A stretch of 64,000 nucleotides of DNA from a virus. Lineage: Duplodnaviria > Caudoviricetes. The notes under the pieces were generated by a model. The model did not search any database. It had not been told where the DNA came from and saw nothing but the letters and a program-made list of their open reading frames with translations. The stretch spans positions 7,591 through 71,590 of the IMG/VR virus record IMGVR_UViG_3300025139_000012; one strand, given 5' to 3'. Position numbers and translations under genes: made by a program. The first letter of the stretch is position 1; every line of letters starts with the position of its first letter. Shown here one piece after another: positions 46,905 through 56,222 of the stretch.

Positions 46905-48965
46905 CTATCCTGATGTTGGTGGATTGTTTTTAGCAGCGGCCGTCACTACTGCATATTTACCATTGTTATAGTATTTATCGCCCGTCGTACCATTGGCATC
47001 TTGCCCACCACCGCCCTTGGCCCATTTGCTTGCACCACCAGCACCAAGTAAGTGGGCAACTGACAATTTACCAGCAATGTCTGCTGGACTAGAATCAGAG
47101 GTAACAGTTTTACTTTTCAAAAGTTGTTTATAGTTGTTTTCTAAGTTAGTATCCATAACTTTTTCTTGAACCGCTTGATTTGCTTTAAAATCTGCTATAC
47201 TATGAATACCATCTTTACCAGTCCAGTTGTCTGGGTTATTCATGTTGGCAACACTTTGTTTAACCCCTGGCTTCATATATCCTTGACCTGCCAGCGCGGC
47301 TGATCCAAACTGGTATTTTCCAACATAACCAAACTGATTTTCTGCATCATACTTACCACCCGACTCTGTTTTAGCTAACTGTGCTTTTAACGCCGCAACG
47401 TCAGACGGGTTCATCTTACCAATACTATCAACTCCTGGTGTTTGCTTTAAAATATCGTCGTTAGTAATAGTTGGTTTAAGTACCCCTTGCCCGCTAGCAC
47501 CAGCAGGGCCAGCACCAGGTGCTCCACCACTGGCAGCACTACTTCCACCACTGGCAGCACTACTTCCACCACTGGCAGCACTACTTCCACCACTGGCATG
47601 TTTGACCCATGGCTCATGCGCGGTCAGTTCAGCTACAGTAGAAGTTATTGATGAATTAACTTTATACTTGTAAATCGGCGCGGGTTTTGTCGGAATTGTT
47701 TCTTTAAACGTGTTGATTGGTATATTGCCCGGAGTAGGAACGCTAGGGGCGGGCATTGTGTTGAGATAAATTTTGCCACCAGTTGAAAGAATCAAGTCCC
47801 CACCATTGGCCCAAGATCCAGTTGTAGCTGATTGTAACTTTAAAGTGCTACCCGAAGACAACTCAGTCTCTTGCCCAAACATCTTCAAGGTAGTTGTTCC
47901 TTTGATGGAAAAGTCTTTTGTTTGCTCATGTATCGAAGTGCCAGCCCACATCGTAATATTCTCTTTAGCATGCATATGAATGTCTTTTTCAGCATGAAGA
48001 TTAAGAGTTCCATTGGACCGCACATTTACGTCAGATTCTGAAAATACATGAATCTTGCCGTCATCAGTGAACTCCATCCATACAGTGCCCGACGAGTTGC
48101 TAATGTAGATCACTTTTTCACTATCGTTCATTAGAATCTGGTGGCCGGCAGCCGTTCTCAACCGTATTAGGTCATTTTGGTCGCTTTCATCTCCGTCATC
48201 CATTACAAACGTATGCCCACCGAGTCTGTTTTCAACAGCCTGAGTGTCTTTATCTTTATCTGGTCCGTCGCGGCCTGGCGTGCTAATACCAAACACCCTA
48301 CTTGGGCTTTCACGTTGCGAACTGCTAGTTAATACACCGCGTTTTTTATCGTTCTCCAATCCTTCTTTAAGAAGGTGAAGGAACTGTGGCTCATGTATTG
48401 GTTTGGGGATAGTTAGAAACTCATTTTCTCTGCTAATATTTCCTTCATTAGCGTCGTTATATTCTACTACAGGATATGGCGGTTGATCTACCGCCGCTGC
48501 CAACGCTGCATCATCAGGTAGTTTTAAAAAGTTAGATCCAGCAATACCCGGAATAGCATAGTGAGTTAGCTCAGGCATTACGCAAGCGAACCAAAACCCG
48601 CGTGAAATTTTGCCACCAACGAAAGTTACTAGCACAAAGTTTCCTATGTCAGGTGGAGTAAACCACATTCCATAAGTATGGTTTACTGTCTTGAACGTGT
48701 TTTCTTTGTTTTTAGCAGACCTGACGCCAGGCCAGCGCGATGCTCCCAAGTAGGGACTTGCATACTGAACTGTTATCCAGTGTGACGGCTGCCCTTCGAG
48801 GCCACCAAATTCTTCAATGAATACCTCTATTCTGCCAGACCTATTAGCGTCAACATTATTTTTAACGACCCCAATATACGGTCCGGGACTTAAGAGTGTT
48901 CCAGGAATTGACGCTGGATTGACCCATTTTGGTGTTTTAGTTCCTACTCTATTATTTGAAGCCAT
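46905..48965 (-). CDS. Baseplate hub/spike (gp5/VgrG-like) with C-terminal lysozyme-like domain
   Basis: OB-fold D..RSGRIEVFI...PPDIG..VLV.F; beta-helix repeats; ESGGKY..N..GYVGKYQFG. Confidence 0.82.
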   Translation of the reverse strand: MASNNRVGTKTPKWVNPASIPGTLLSPGPYIGVVKNNVDANRSGRIEVFIEEFGGLEGQPSHWITVQYASPYLGASRWPGVRSAKNKENTFKTVNHTYGMWFTPPDIGNFVLVTFVGGKISRGFWFACVMPELTHYAIPGIAGSNFLKLPDDAALAAAVDQPPYPVVEYNDANEGNISRENEFLTIPKPIHEPQFLHLLKEGLENDKKRGVLTSSSQRESPSRVFGISTPGRDGPDKDKDTQAVENRLGGHTFVMDDGDESDQNDLIRLRTAAGHQILMNDSEKVIYISNSSGTVWMEFTDDGKIHVFSESDVNVRSNGTLNLHAEKDIHMHAKENITMWAGTSIHEQTKDFSIKGTTTLKMFGQETELSSGSTLKLQSATTGSWANGGDLILSTGGKIYLNTMPAPSVPTPGNIPINTFKETIPTKPAPIYKYKVNSSITSTVAELTAHEPWVKHASGGSSAASGGSSAASGGSSAASGGAPGAGPAGASGQGVLKPTITNDDILKQTPGVDSIGKMNPSDVAALKAQLAKTESGGKYDAENQFGYVGKYQFGSAALAGQGYMKPGVKQSVANMNNPDNWTGKDGIHSIADFKANQAVQEKVMDTNLENNYKQLLKSKTVTSDSSPADIAGKLSVAHLLGAGGASKWAKGGGGQDANGTTGDKYYNNGKYAVVTAAAKNNPPTSG
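47523..47598 (-). repeat. 21-bp in-frame tandem repeat (ASGGSSA linker)
   Basis: TCCACCACTGGCAGCACTACT x3.6 on the + strand. Confidence 0.9.
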
Positions 48966-48968
48966 AAA

Positions 48969-50915
48969 TTATTTTTCTGGTTGTATTGGTGATCTAACTA
49001 AATGCAGAGTTTGAGTAAACTGTCCACGTTGAAATTCGCTTGTAACGGTAAGAACTTTATAATACCCTGAAAATACACTTGAAGTATATTTCGATTGTTT
49101 TGGATCTTCTAACCCGGTTGAATCATCATAATCGCTCGGGGTTAAAAAAGTTAAGTTACAATAAATTTCTTCATTGTCAGTGACGATTCCACCGTCAGTA
49201 GTAGTTTCTCCAGATGCTAATGTATGTAAAATATCATCTTGCTTAATGAACGCAGGGTCGCCTATTATTTTTAAATCAACACTAAGCATATCACCCGCGG
49301 CACTAGATAACATCTGAGCTTGAAGTTCACCAACCTTTCTTTCAGTCGAGTTTAACTCGTTTGACGCGGTGGACGCTGAGTTGGCAGAGTAATGAAGCTG
49401 TGGCTTGAGAGCATCATTTTCATTGCTTTGCCCAGGCTTACTATCTTTATAATTCGCGGATTTTGACTTTTCGTCGGTCCCTTTCTTATCTGAGGTTGGT
49501 GTTCCATTCACATTATTCAAATTTGTATTTTTAGCCGAGTCAACAGTAAAATAAGTTGTATCAAACGTCATGTCTAAATCTATTACATCATCATTTTTAC
49601 CAGTAAAAATGTAGTTGTAATCTTTAACTGATTTGGTTGGAGTTGTTTTTGCAGCAAATCTGTTTTCAGTGTTTGGCGCTTTAAATTTTTTTATAACATA
49701 AATGTACTCTTTAGCAAAAGTTTTGCGAATTTTATCGTAAGCGCGCAATTTAACTTTTGGAATAATCTTGAACCAATCTATAAACCCAGTCTTATTTGTC
49801 GGCTCTTCAGAAACTTGATCGCGTATGTACTTACTGTTTCGCATTGCAATACCAATTACCTCAGTTACCGATGTACCTTGATTAATTGGAATAAGAACTT
49901 CATCACCTTCGGCTGTATGCCTTGCTGTTGCTACCCCAGTTTGTTTATCAGTAGTTTGCTTCATTTCGATGGCATCTTTAGCAATTTCAGCTGCTTTAGG
50001 GAAAGTTGAATCTTTGAAAGATTTATCAACTTCAAAAGATATAACATCCGCTACCTCAATTAATCCTTCTAACTGCAAGGTATCATTCCACTTATTTACG
50101 GCTTCCGCATAACTAGTGATTTGAACTGGTGCCGGAGTTACTCCAACAAAAGCAGCTAAATCTTTTTTAGATTTTTCTACTCTTGCTGATGCAGCAGAAT
50201 CATTGAGAGTTGATCGTTGAGATCGTTGAGCGCTAGTGACTGCATTTTGCAAAGCAACACGTTTAGAAACTACTTCACCAACTTGAGCTAAATTGCCAGG
50301 ATCGTGAGCATGGGCATTAAAAAATTCACCAATTGTTTTGGCCATTACTTCAAGTTTAACGGGAGTAGTGACCGCAGTCTCCTCAAAAGCAGTGTGGCCA
50401 TACGGTGTTGCAGATATTTCATAAACCCCACCTTTATTAGTAACCTTCATTTTAAATTCAAGAAACCGTATCGGTATCCTTTTAGTTATATCAGTTATTT
50501 GTGTCGGAATCCCGTCATCTTTAGAACCAAAAAAATCAATTTGCAGTATAAACGGCATTGTTTTAAAATTCTCAGCACCAAGGCTGCTTGCTACATCAAT
50601 AATACGATTGAGTAAGGTAAGCCCATATGGTTCAATAATTGTAAAATTAAGAGTGATAGCATTAGTATTTCTAGTAGTAGCACTCATCCCAGTTACAGTT
50701 TCTATTGAAAGTTTGTCAAAGTAAAAATCCTCATGGAAATTTGGGTCACGCGGGAAACTGCTACCACGAGCACCACCACTGGAAATTAAAACATTAGTGG
50801 GTTTGTACCCATCTGGTGAATCAACTAAATCATTATATTTAGAAGGACTTATTGCGTGTAAACTTAATCGGTAAGTGTAGGTAGCATAATCATGCAAAAC
50901 ATTTCTATCAGCCAC
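48969..50915 (-). CDS. Baseplate hub protein (gp27-like)
   Basis: Lies between the gp53- and gp5-like genes; IIGDP and FSGYYKVLTV.SEF..GQFTQTL. Confidence 0.65.
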   Translation of the reverse strand: MADRNVLHDYATYTYRLSLHAISPSKYNDLVDSPDGYKPTNVLISSGGARGSSFPRDPNFHEDFYFDKLSIETVTGMSATTRNTNAITLNFTIIEPYGLTLLNRIIDVASSLGAENFKTMPFILQIDFFGSKDDGIPTQITDITKRIPIRFLEFKMKVTNKGGVYEISATPYGHTAFEETAVTTPVKLEVMAKTIGEFFNAHAHDPGNLAQVGEVVSKRVALQNAVTSAQRSQRSTLNDSAASARVEKSKKDLAAFVGVTPAPVQITSYAEAVNKWNDTLQLEGLIEVADVISFEVDKSFKDSTFPKAAEIAKDAIEMKQTTDKQTGVATARHTAEGDEVLIPINQGTSVTEVIGIAMRNSKYIRDQVSEEPTNKTGFIDWFKIIPKVKLRAYDKIRKTFAKEYIYVIKKFKAPNTENRFAAKTTPTKSVKDYNYIFTGKNDDVIDLDMTFDTTYFTVDSAKNTNLNNVNGTPTSDKKGTDEKSKSANYKDSKPGQSNENDALKPQLHYSANSASTASNELNSTERKVGELQAQMLSSAAGDMLSVDLKIIGDPAFIKQDDILHTLASGETTTDGGIVTDNEEIYCNLTFLTPSDYDDSTGLEDPKQSKYTSSVFSGYYKVLTVTSEFQRGQFTQTLHLVRSPIQPEK

Positions 50916-50916
50916 A

Positions 50917-51222
50917 TTAAATTCCTAAATCAGTGAAAAGAGTAGCTTTATCTGGCAAAATTATAGTATTACCAACAGTAAAATCAAATAGCGGGTCTTT
51001 AAGAACATCTGGGTTTCTCATTGCAAATACCCACCACAATCTAGTATCACCATATAAATCGTAGGCAAGTAAATCAGGACGATAATCATATATTTTAGCA
51101 ATCGTGTAGGATTTATCAGATTTTAGTTGCGTTATATTTCTAGGGACCATTACGTCTAGAAATTGCCCAAACAATTTTGTTTTTGCGTATGGACTAAATT
51201 TGGAATATGCCACGGTAGCCAT
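50917..51222 (-). CDS. Baseplate wedge protein (gp53/LysM-like)
   Basis: YRPDLLAYDLYGD..LWWVFA.RN. Confidence 0.85.
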   Translation of the reverse strand: MATVAYSKFSPYAKTKLFGQFLDVMVPRNITQLKSDKSYTIAKIYDYRPDLLAYDLYGDTRLWWVFAMRNPDVLKDPLFDFTVGNTIILPDKATLFTDLGI

Positions 51223-52352
51223 TAAATGAATCCTTTCCCAAGTAACCCGCCAGCAGCAAATTGCTTTAAATCAAAACTAGTCATTGCATTTCTGCTGTAT
51301 AGTGGTTGCAGTGTAATAGTTAGTGTACTTAGCGTTGGAATCCAAGTTCCGTCAACATTAATGTAATCTTTGTCCTCGGGCATAGTGTGTTGCATTGAGG
51401 TCAATACACAAGGCACGTTTGGAAAATATTCAGCCCCATACCCAGATAGTTTTAACATTGGGGGCGGAGTTCCGGCCAAAGCATCGTTTCCCCAAAACAT
51501 TTTAGTAGCTGCCCTAAACAAGTATAACCCAGCTAGTAGGTATGCCCCGTCTTCAGTGCTTTGAACTGGAAACTCACCAGTTATTTGTATTGCAGCTACT
51601 TCACTACTTTCAAAAAACTGCATAGCATAGTTGCTATGGGTAGGTGATAGTGATGAATATTTGGCAGTGTGAGTTATATTAATTTGTGGAGTTACAGGAA
51701 ATATAAAACCGCCCGTTTTTTCAAGTGGTATAAGTACCCCGCCACTGAATAATGACGGATCAAACAGCGAGACTTTTAATCTCCAATCATCAGAGTTGCT
51801 GCCGGCAGAGCCACTGGTACTTCCATCTGGGTTAGACCACTTAGCTACTGCGTCGGACGGGGCCGATAGTGTAGACGGAATTGGAACGCCGCCTGCTTGT
51901 ATCCTTCCAGCAGAGATGTTTGATACTGCAGAAAGTGCGCCGCTTACCCCAGATCCTTTGATTAACGATTGCGCTGCGTTCGCTGCGGCAGGGCTTCCTG
52001 GAGTAAATAGTGCTGCTACTTTATTTTTAACGTTTGATATCCCATTACCAATGTTGGCGACAGAATCTGAAATACCATTTTTAATATTTGCTCCAAGCGT
52101 GGTTATACCTCCGCCTAAGCTAGATCCCATATTTTTAAGACTGTCACTTGAAGTGAAAGAGCTTCCCTCCATCCTAGCCATGATATAAGGATCATTCGGA
52201 TCAGCACCACCTATCCAAGTTTTTTGGTCGTCGGTTAACACCCTTGCATCAGAGTATCCGCTACCCTTTGCCACCTCATATGGATCTTCAGCAATAAACG
52301 GATCTGCTGGAGAGTTTGGGCTAGCTATAGCTGATGTTTCTTCATTTGCCAT
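51222..52352 (-). CDS. Baseplate/tail-tube junction protein (gp48/gp54-like)
   Basis: FPVTPQI..Y..THSNY and GTPPP.LKLSGYG; first gene of the late operon. Confidence 0.6.
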   Translation of the reverse strand: MANEETSAIASPNSPADPFIAEDPYEVAKGSGYSDARVLTDDQKTWIGGADPNDPYIMARMEGSSFTSSDSLKNMGSSLGGGITTLGANIKNGISDSVANIGNGISNVKNKVAALFTPGSPAAANAAQSLIKGSGVSGALSAVSNISAGRIQAGGVPIPSTLSAPSDAVAKWSNPDGSTSGSAGSNSDDWRLKVSLFDPSLFSGGVLIPLEKTGGFIFPVTPQINITHTAKYSSLSPTHSNYAMQFFESSEVAAIQITGEFPVQSTEDGAYLLAGLYLFRAATKMFWGNDALAGTPPPMLKLSGYGAEYFPNVPCVLTSMQHTMPEDKDYINVDGTWIPTLSTLTITLQPLYSRNAMTSFDLKQFAAGGLLGKGFI

Positions 52353-52385
52353 AGTTATTCGTCAAAGTTAGTAAAAAGGTGGTAG

Positions 52386-52421
52386 TTGTCATATCATTTC
52401 GCTTGCTATATGATATTTATC
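52386..52421. promoter_or_regulatory. Overlapping divergent promoters: sigma70 (+) for the late sigma gene and GATAAATA (-) for the tail operon
   Basis: TTGTCA-17 nt-TATGAT at 52386-52414; TATTTATC at 52414-52421. Confidence 0.6.
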
Positions 52422-52458
52422 TTTGTTAAAATAGTAGTATATTAAAGGACCGTGTCTC

Positions 52459-53478
52459 ATGTCATCACTAATCGTACCAACTAAAAAAATAAACTATCTG
52501 AACAACAAAGACATTCTTAAAGAGATTCACAAAAGCAAAACCACATACTGTATCTTTACTAAACCCGAATACGCTGATTACGATATTATTATACGTGATT
52601 TAGCTGACATTCCAGGATTGTTAAAAGAAAAAACTGAAACTCGCATTATTGTTGATGAGGACACAGGCGAGTCAGAATCAGTTACTGCTACTTTTCCGCC
52701 AGAAGCACTTGCTGCTAGGGCAACTCGTCTTACTCGAATATCTCAAGAACTTGAGCTTATGGCAGGTAAAAAACCTAGAAACGAGCTGGCTGTTGTATCT
52801 GTCGACAGTATTAAACCGCAAGATGTTATTTTTCGGCTGATGACATGGAATCATATACCACTTGCTGCTCCTACTGTTCCGAAAATCATAAAGGGTAACA
52901 AGGTCAAAGGAAAGGTCGAATCAGTTATTGATGATCCAGAAATTTTTGACGACGGATTGGGCGAGCTGGATGTTGATTTGCCAGCAGCATTAGCTACTCC
53001 AACACCGAAAAAGTATGTCAAGGTAAACTTTCCATCATTTCAGCATTACAAGCTAGACGACAACTTGGTTCCGCAGTTAGTTGGTAAAAGTCATTGGCAA
53101 GGTGACATCAATACTGGAGAGTTTTGCAGGACGCATGGGCAGATTACCAACAAACTCGCCACTATGTATATGAAGCTATGCGAGAGGTATGTTACAAGAT
53201 CAAACTGGCGCGGTTACTCATACCGTGACGAAATGCAAGCGCAGGCTATCCTTCAACTTACACAGGTTGGGCTACAGTTTGATGAATCAAAATCGCAGAA
53301 TCCATTTGCGTATTACACATCAGCTATCACTAATAGCTTTACAAGGATACTAAATATAGAAAAGCAGAATCAAAATATTAGAGACGATATTTTGGAAATG
53401 AACTCACTAAACCCATCTTATACTCGGCAAGGGATGGGTGGCAATCAAAGCTATGACTCAACTGGCGATTACGATTAA
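52459..53478 (+). CDS. Late-transcription sigma factor (T4 gp55-like)
   Basis: YLNNKDIL, NWRGYSYRDEM, FDESKSQNPFAYYT..ITNSF; upstream of gp47/gp46 as in T4. Confidence 0.85.
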   Translation: MSSLIVPTKKINYLNNKDILKEIHKSKTTYCIFTKPEYADYDIIIRDLADIPGLLKEKTETRIIVDEDTGESESVTATFPPEALAARATRLTRISQELELMAGKKPRNELAVVSVDSIKPQDVIFRLMTWNHIPLAAPTVPKIIKGNKVKGKVESVIDDPEIFDDGLGELDVDLPAALATPTPKKYVKVNFPSFQHYKLDDNLVPQLVGKSHWQGDINTGEFCRTHGQITNKLATMYMKLCERYVTRSNWRGYSYRDEMQAQAILQLTQVGLQFDESKSQNPFAYYTSAITNSFTRILNIEKQNQNIRDDILEMNSLNPSYTRQGMGGNQSYDSTGDYD

Positions 53479-55195
53479 AGACTTTCAAGATAGAAAATAC
53501 TTATCCCTAAAGCATCTAATAGATTCAGAGTTATGGGATTCTATCTTTAAAAATTATTATGACTATGGAATTTTGAATCCCAGACAACTTATTTTTCATG
53601 CTAGCAATGATATTGGTGAAATACCACTGTGTATTTGCGGAAATAAGTTAAAATGGAATCCAGACGATAGAGCATATCGTAAGTTTTGCTGTTCAAAATG
53701 TGCTGGATTACACTCGGTTGAAAAAAATAAAGCTACTAACTTAAAAAAATATGGGGTAGAGTGGGCATCGCAGCGTGGAGATCATAGTGAGAAAATCATT
53801 GAAGCGTCTTTAAGAAAATTTGGGACCACTCACTATAGTCAAACACAAGAGTTTCATGACCGTGTTATTTCTTCAAATGTTAAAAAGTTTGGAGTAGCAT
53901 ATCCAGCACAGAGCAAGAATGTTAAAGAAAGAATCGAGCAAATTACTATTGAAAAATATGGTGTTGCTTCAAATTTTCAAAGAGCAGATGTTAAAGAGAA
54001 AATCAAAGCAGCTAACTTGACAAAATATGGCAAGGAAAATGTGTTGAGCTGCCCTGAAATTCGTGATAAAGTTGCTGCCACTAATTTAAGTAGATATGGA
54101 GTTAAAGTTCCACTACAAAATGCAAACCTCGCAGCTAAGGCTGGAGATACCAGGAAAAGTAACTATTATGCCCCATCTGTTTTAGAAAAATTAAATAACG
54201 CAGACTGGCTTGCATCATCAAATCTAGTGAAGACAATCGGCGAGCTCGCGTCTGAGCTAGGTGTAAGCAGTAGTAATCTAAACAAATACTTTCATAAGCA
54301 TAGTTTGCCCATTGTAGCTCATACCGCAACCGAACTGGAACGTAAGTTCAAAAGTTACTTTGAATCAAAAAATATTTCAGTTGAACTCCATAATAGAAGT
54401 GTTATATCTCCAAAAGAAGTTGATGTGTATTTTCCAGATTTTAAGTTAGGAATTGAAGTGAATGGGGGATATTGGCATTCAGAGCAGTTTGTCAAAAGTC
54501 AAAGTTATCATTTAAACAAAATCATTGCTTCTGAAAAAGCTGGAATTACGCTAATGCAGTTTTGGGATTGGGAGTTGAATGACAAATGGGATATTATCAT
54601 CAGCAGGATTGAACACCTGATGAAATTGTCAACCAAAGTTTTCGCAAGAAAGTTGTCACTAATCAGCCTCAACAGTGAAAGCAAAAGAGAGTTTCTGGAT
54701 CAAAATCATATTCAAGGCGACTGTGTCAGTAGCGTGAACTACGGGCTAATAAATGAGAATGGAGAATTATTTATGGTCGCCACCTTTGGTAAAAGTAGAT
54801 TCACAAAAAAAGCATCTTACGAGTTACTTAGGTTATCTGCTAAGAAAAAATATGCTGTTATTGGTGGGGCATCAAAATTGATCAAACACTTTATTTCAGC
54901 ACAAATGAAAGATGATGAAACAATGATCAGTTATTGTCACCGCAGATTTAGTTCTGGCCGTGTGTATTCTGCTTGCGGATTTACTGCAACTCATACTACT
55001 GCTCCAGGATATGTGTATACAAAAGCAGGTAGGCTAGTGGGATCAAGAAATGCTTGGCAAAAACATAAGTTAAAAGACAAACTTCTTGTTTTTGATCCGC
55101 AAAAATCTGAAGTAGAAAATATGAATCAAAATGGATTCTATCGTGCGTTTGATTCTGGGCAAATTGTATTTGCTTTCACTAACCAACGAGTTTAA
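53453..55195 (+). CDS. Hef-like/Vsr-type endonuclease with GNAT-like tail (copy 4)
   Basis: Six K(Y/F)G repeats, EVDVY..GIEVNGGYWHS, ELLRL..GGASKL..SYCH; start 53453 or 53438. Confidence 0.75.
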   Translation: MTQLAITIKDFQDRKYLSLKHLIDSELWDSIFKNYYDYGILNPRQLIFHASNDIGEIPLCICGNKLKWNPDDRAYRKFCCSKCAGLHSVEKNKATNLKKYGVEWASQRGDHSEKIIEASLRKFGTTHYSQTQEFHDRVISSNVKKFGVAYPAQSKNVKERIEQITIEKYGVASNFQRADVKEKIKAANLTKYGKENVLSCPEIRDKVAATNLSRYGVKVPLQNANLAAKAGDTRKSNYYAPSVLEKLNNADWLASSNLVKTIGELASELGVSSSNLNKYFHKHSLPIVAHTATELERKFKSYFESKNISVELHNRSVISPKEVDVYFPDFKLGIEVNGGYWHSEQFVKSQSYHLNKIIASEKAGITLMQFWDWELNDKWDIIISRIEHLMKLSTKVFARKLSLISLNSESKREFLDQNHIQGDCVSSVNYGLINENGELFMVATFGKSRFTKKASYELLRLSAKKKYAVIGGASKLIKHFISAQMKDDETMISYCHRRFSSGRVYSACGFTATHTTAPGYVYTKAGRLVGSRNAWQKHKLKDKLLVFDPQKSEVENMNQNGFYRAFDSGQIVFAFTNQRV

Positions 55196-55203
55196 AATAG
55201 CGT

Positions 55204-56220
55204 ATGAGTAATTTATTTAAAAAAGCGATTGTCTTTACTGATTTGCATCTAGGTTTGAAATCAAATAGTGAAGCCCACAATAATGACTGTCTTGAATTTG
55301 TAAATTGGTTTATCGAGACCGCAAAAAAAGAAAACTGTGAGACTTGTTTCTTCCTTGGCGATTATCATAACAACCGTGCAAGTATGAATATCCGAACTAT
55401 GACCTATGCTGTAAAGATATTAGAACTTCTCGGAGAAAATTTCTCTCAAGTGTTTTTTATACCAGGAAACCATGATCAATTTTTCAGAGATCGTCGCGAT
55501 ATTCAATCAGCCGAGTGGGCTAGGCATATCCCAAACATTACCATTGTCAATGAGTTTTTTAAAGACAGTGATGTAAGCATTGTTCCGTGGCTAGTTAAAG
55601 ACGAACATAAGAAAATTGAAAAGATCAATGCCAAATATTGTTTTGGACACTTTGAGTTGCCGCATTTCTATATGAATGCGCAAATTCAGATGCCGGATCA
55701 TGGTGAAATACAGCAGGATCATTTCAAAGGTGTCGAGCAAGTGTTTAGCGGGCACTTTCATAAACGGCAAAATGGAAAGAATATAAACTACATTGGCAAC
55801 TGTTTCCCGCATAACTACAGTGATGTCGGAGACGATGAGCGTGGGTGTATGGTGTTAGAGTGGGGTGGGGAGCCAGAATATTTTTCGTGGCCAGATCAGC
55901 CCAGATATCGTATCTACCAACTTAGCCACCTCTTGAACAAGGCTGAAACTATTTTGAAGCCAAAAATGCATGTCCGTGTTAACTTGGACATTGACATTAG
56001 TTATGAAGAGGCTACTTTTGTGAAGGAAACTTTTGTTGACACTTATAAACTGCGAGAGCTTACGATGATTCCAGTGAAAAAAGATGTGTCCTCAGATGTT
56101 GTAACGCCAGGTAGTATTCAGTTTTTATCAGTGGATCAGATTGTTAACGCTGAAATTTCGCAGATTAAAAGCGATCATTACGATCCAAAAGTGTTGATTG
56201 ATATTTACAGGAATCTCTAA
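55204..56220 (+). CDS. Recombination nuclease (gp47/Mre11/SbcD-like)
   Basis: DLH, GD, GNHD, GHFH metallophosphoesterase motifs. Confidence 0.92.
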   Translation: MSNLFKKAIVFTDLHLGLKSNSEAHNNDCLEFVNWFIETAKKENCETCFFLGDYHNNRASMNIRTMTYAVKILELLGENFSQVFFIPGNHDQFFRDRRDIQSAEWARHIPNITIVNEFFKDSDVSIVPWLVKDEHKKIEKINAKYCFGHFELPHFYMNAQIQMPDHGEIQQDHFKGVEQVFSGHFHKRQNGKNINYIGNCFPHNYSDVGDDERGCMVLEWGGEPEYFSWPDQPRYRIYQLSHLLNKAETILKPKMHVRVNLDIDISYEEATFVKETFVDTYKLRELTMIPVKKDVSSDVVTPGSIQFLSVDQIVNAEISQIKSDHYDPKVLIDIYRNL

Positions 56221-56222
56221 AA

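Noticed and set aside
52600-53050. Intein in the gp55-like sigma
   Set aside because: No C/S...HN-C/S/T splice junction motifs and no LAGLIDADG blocks.
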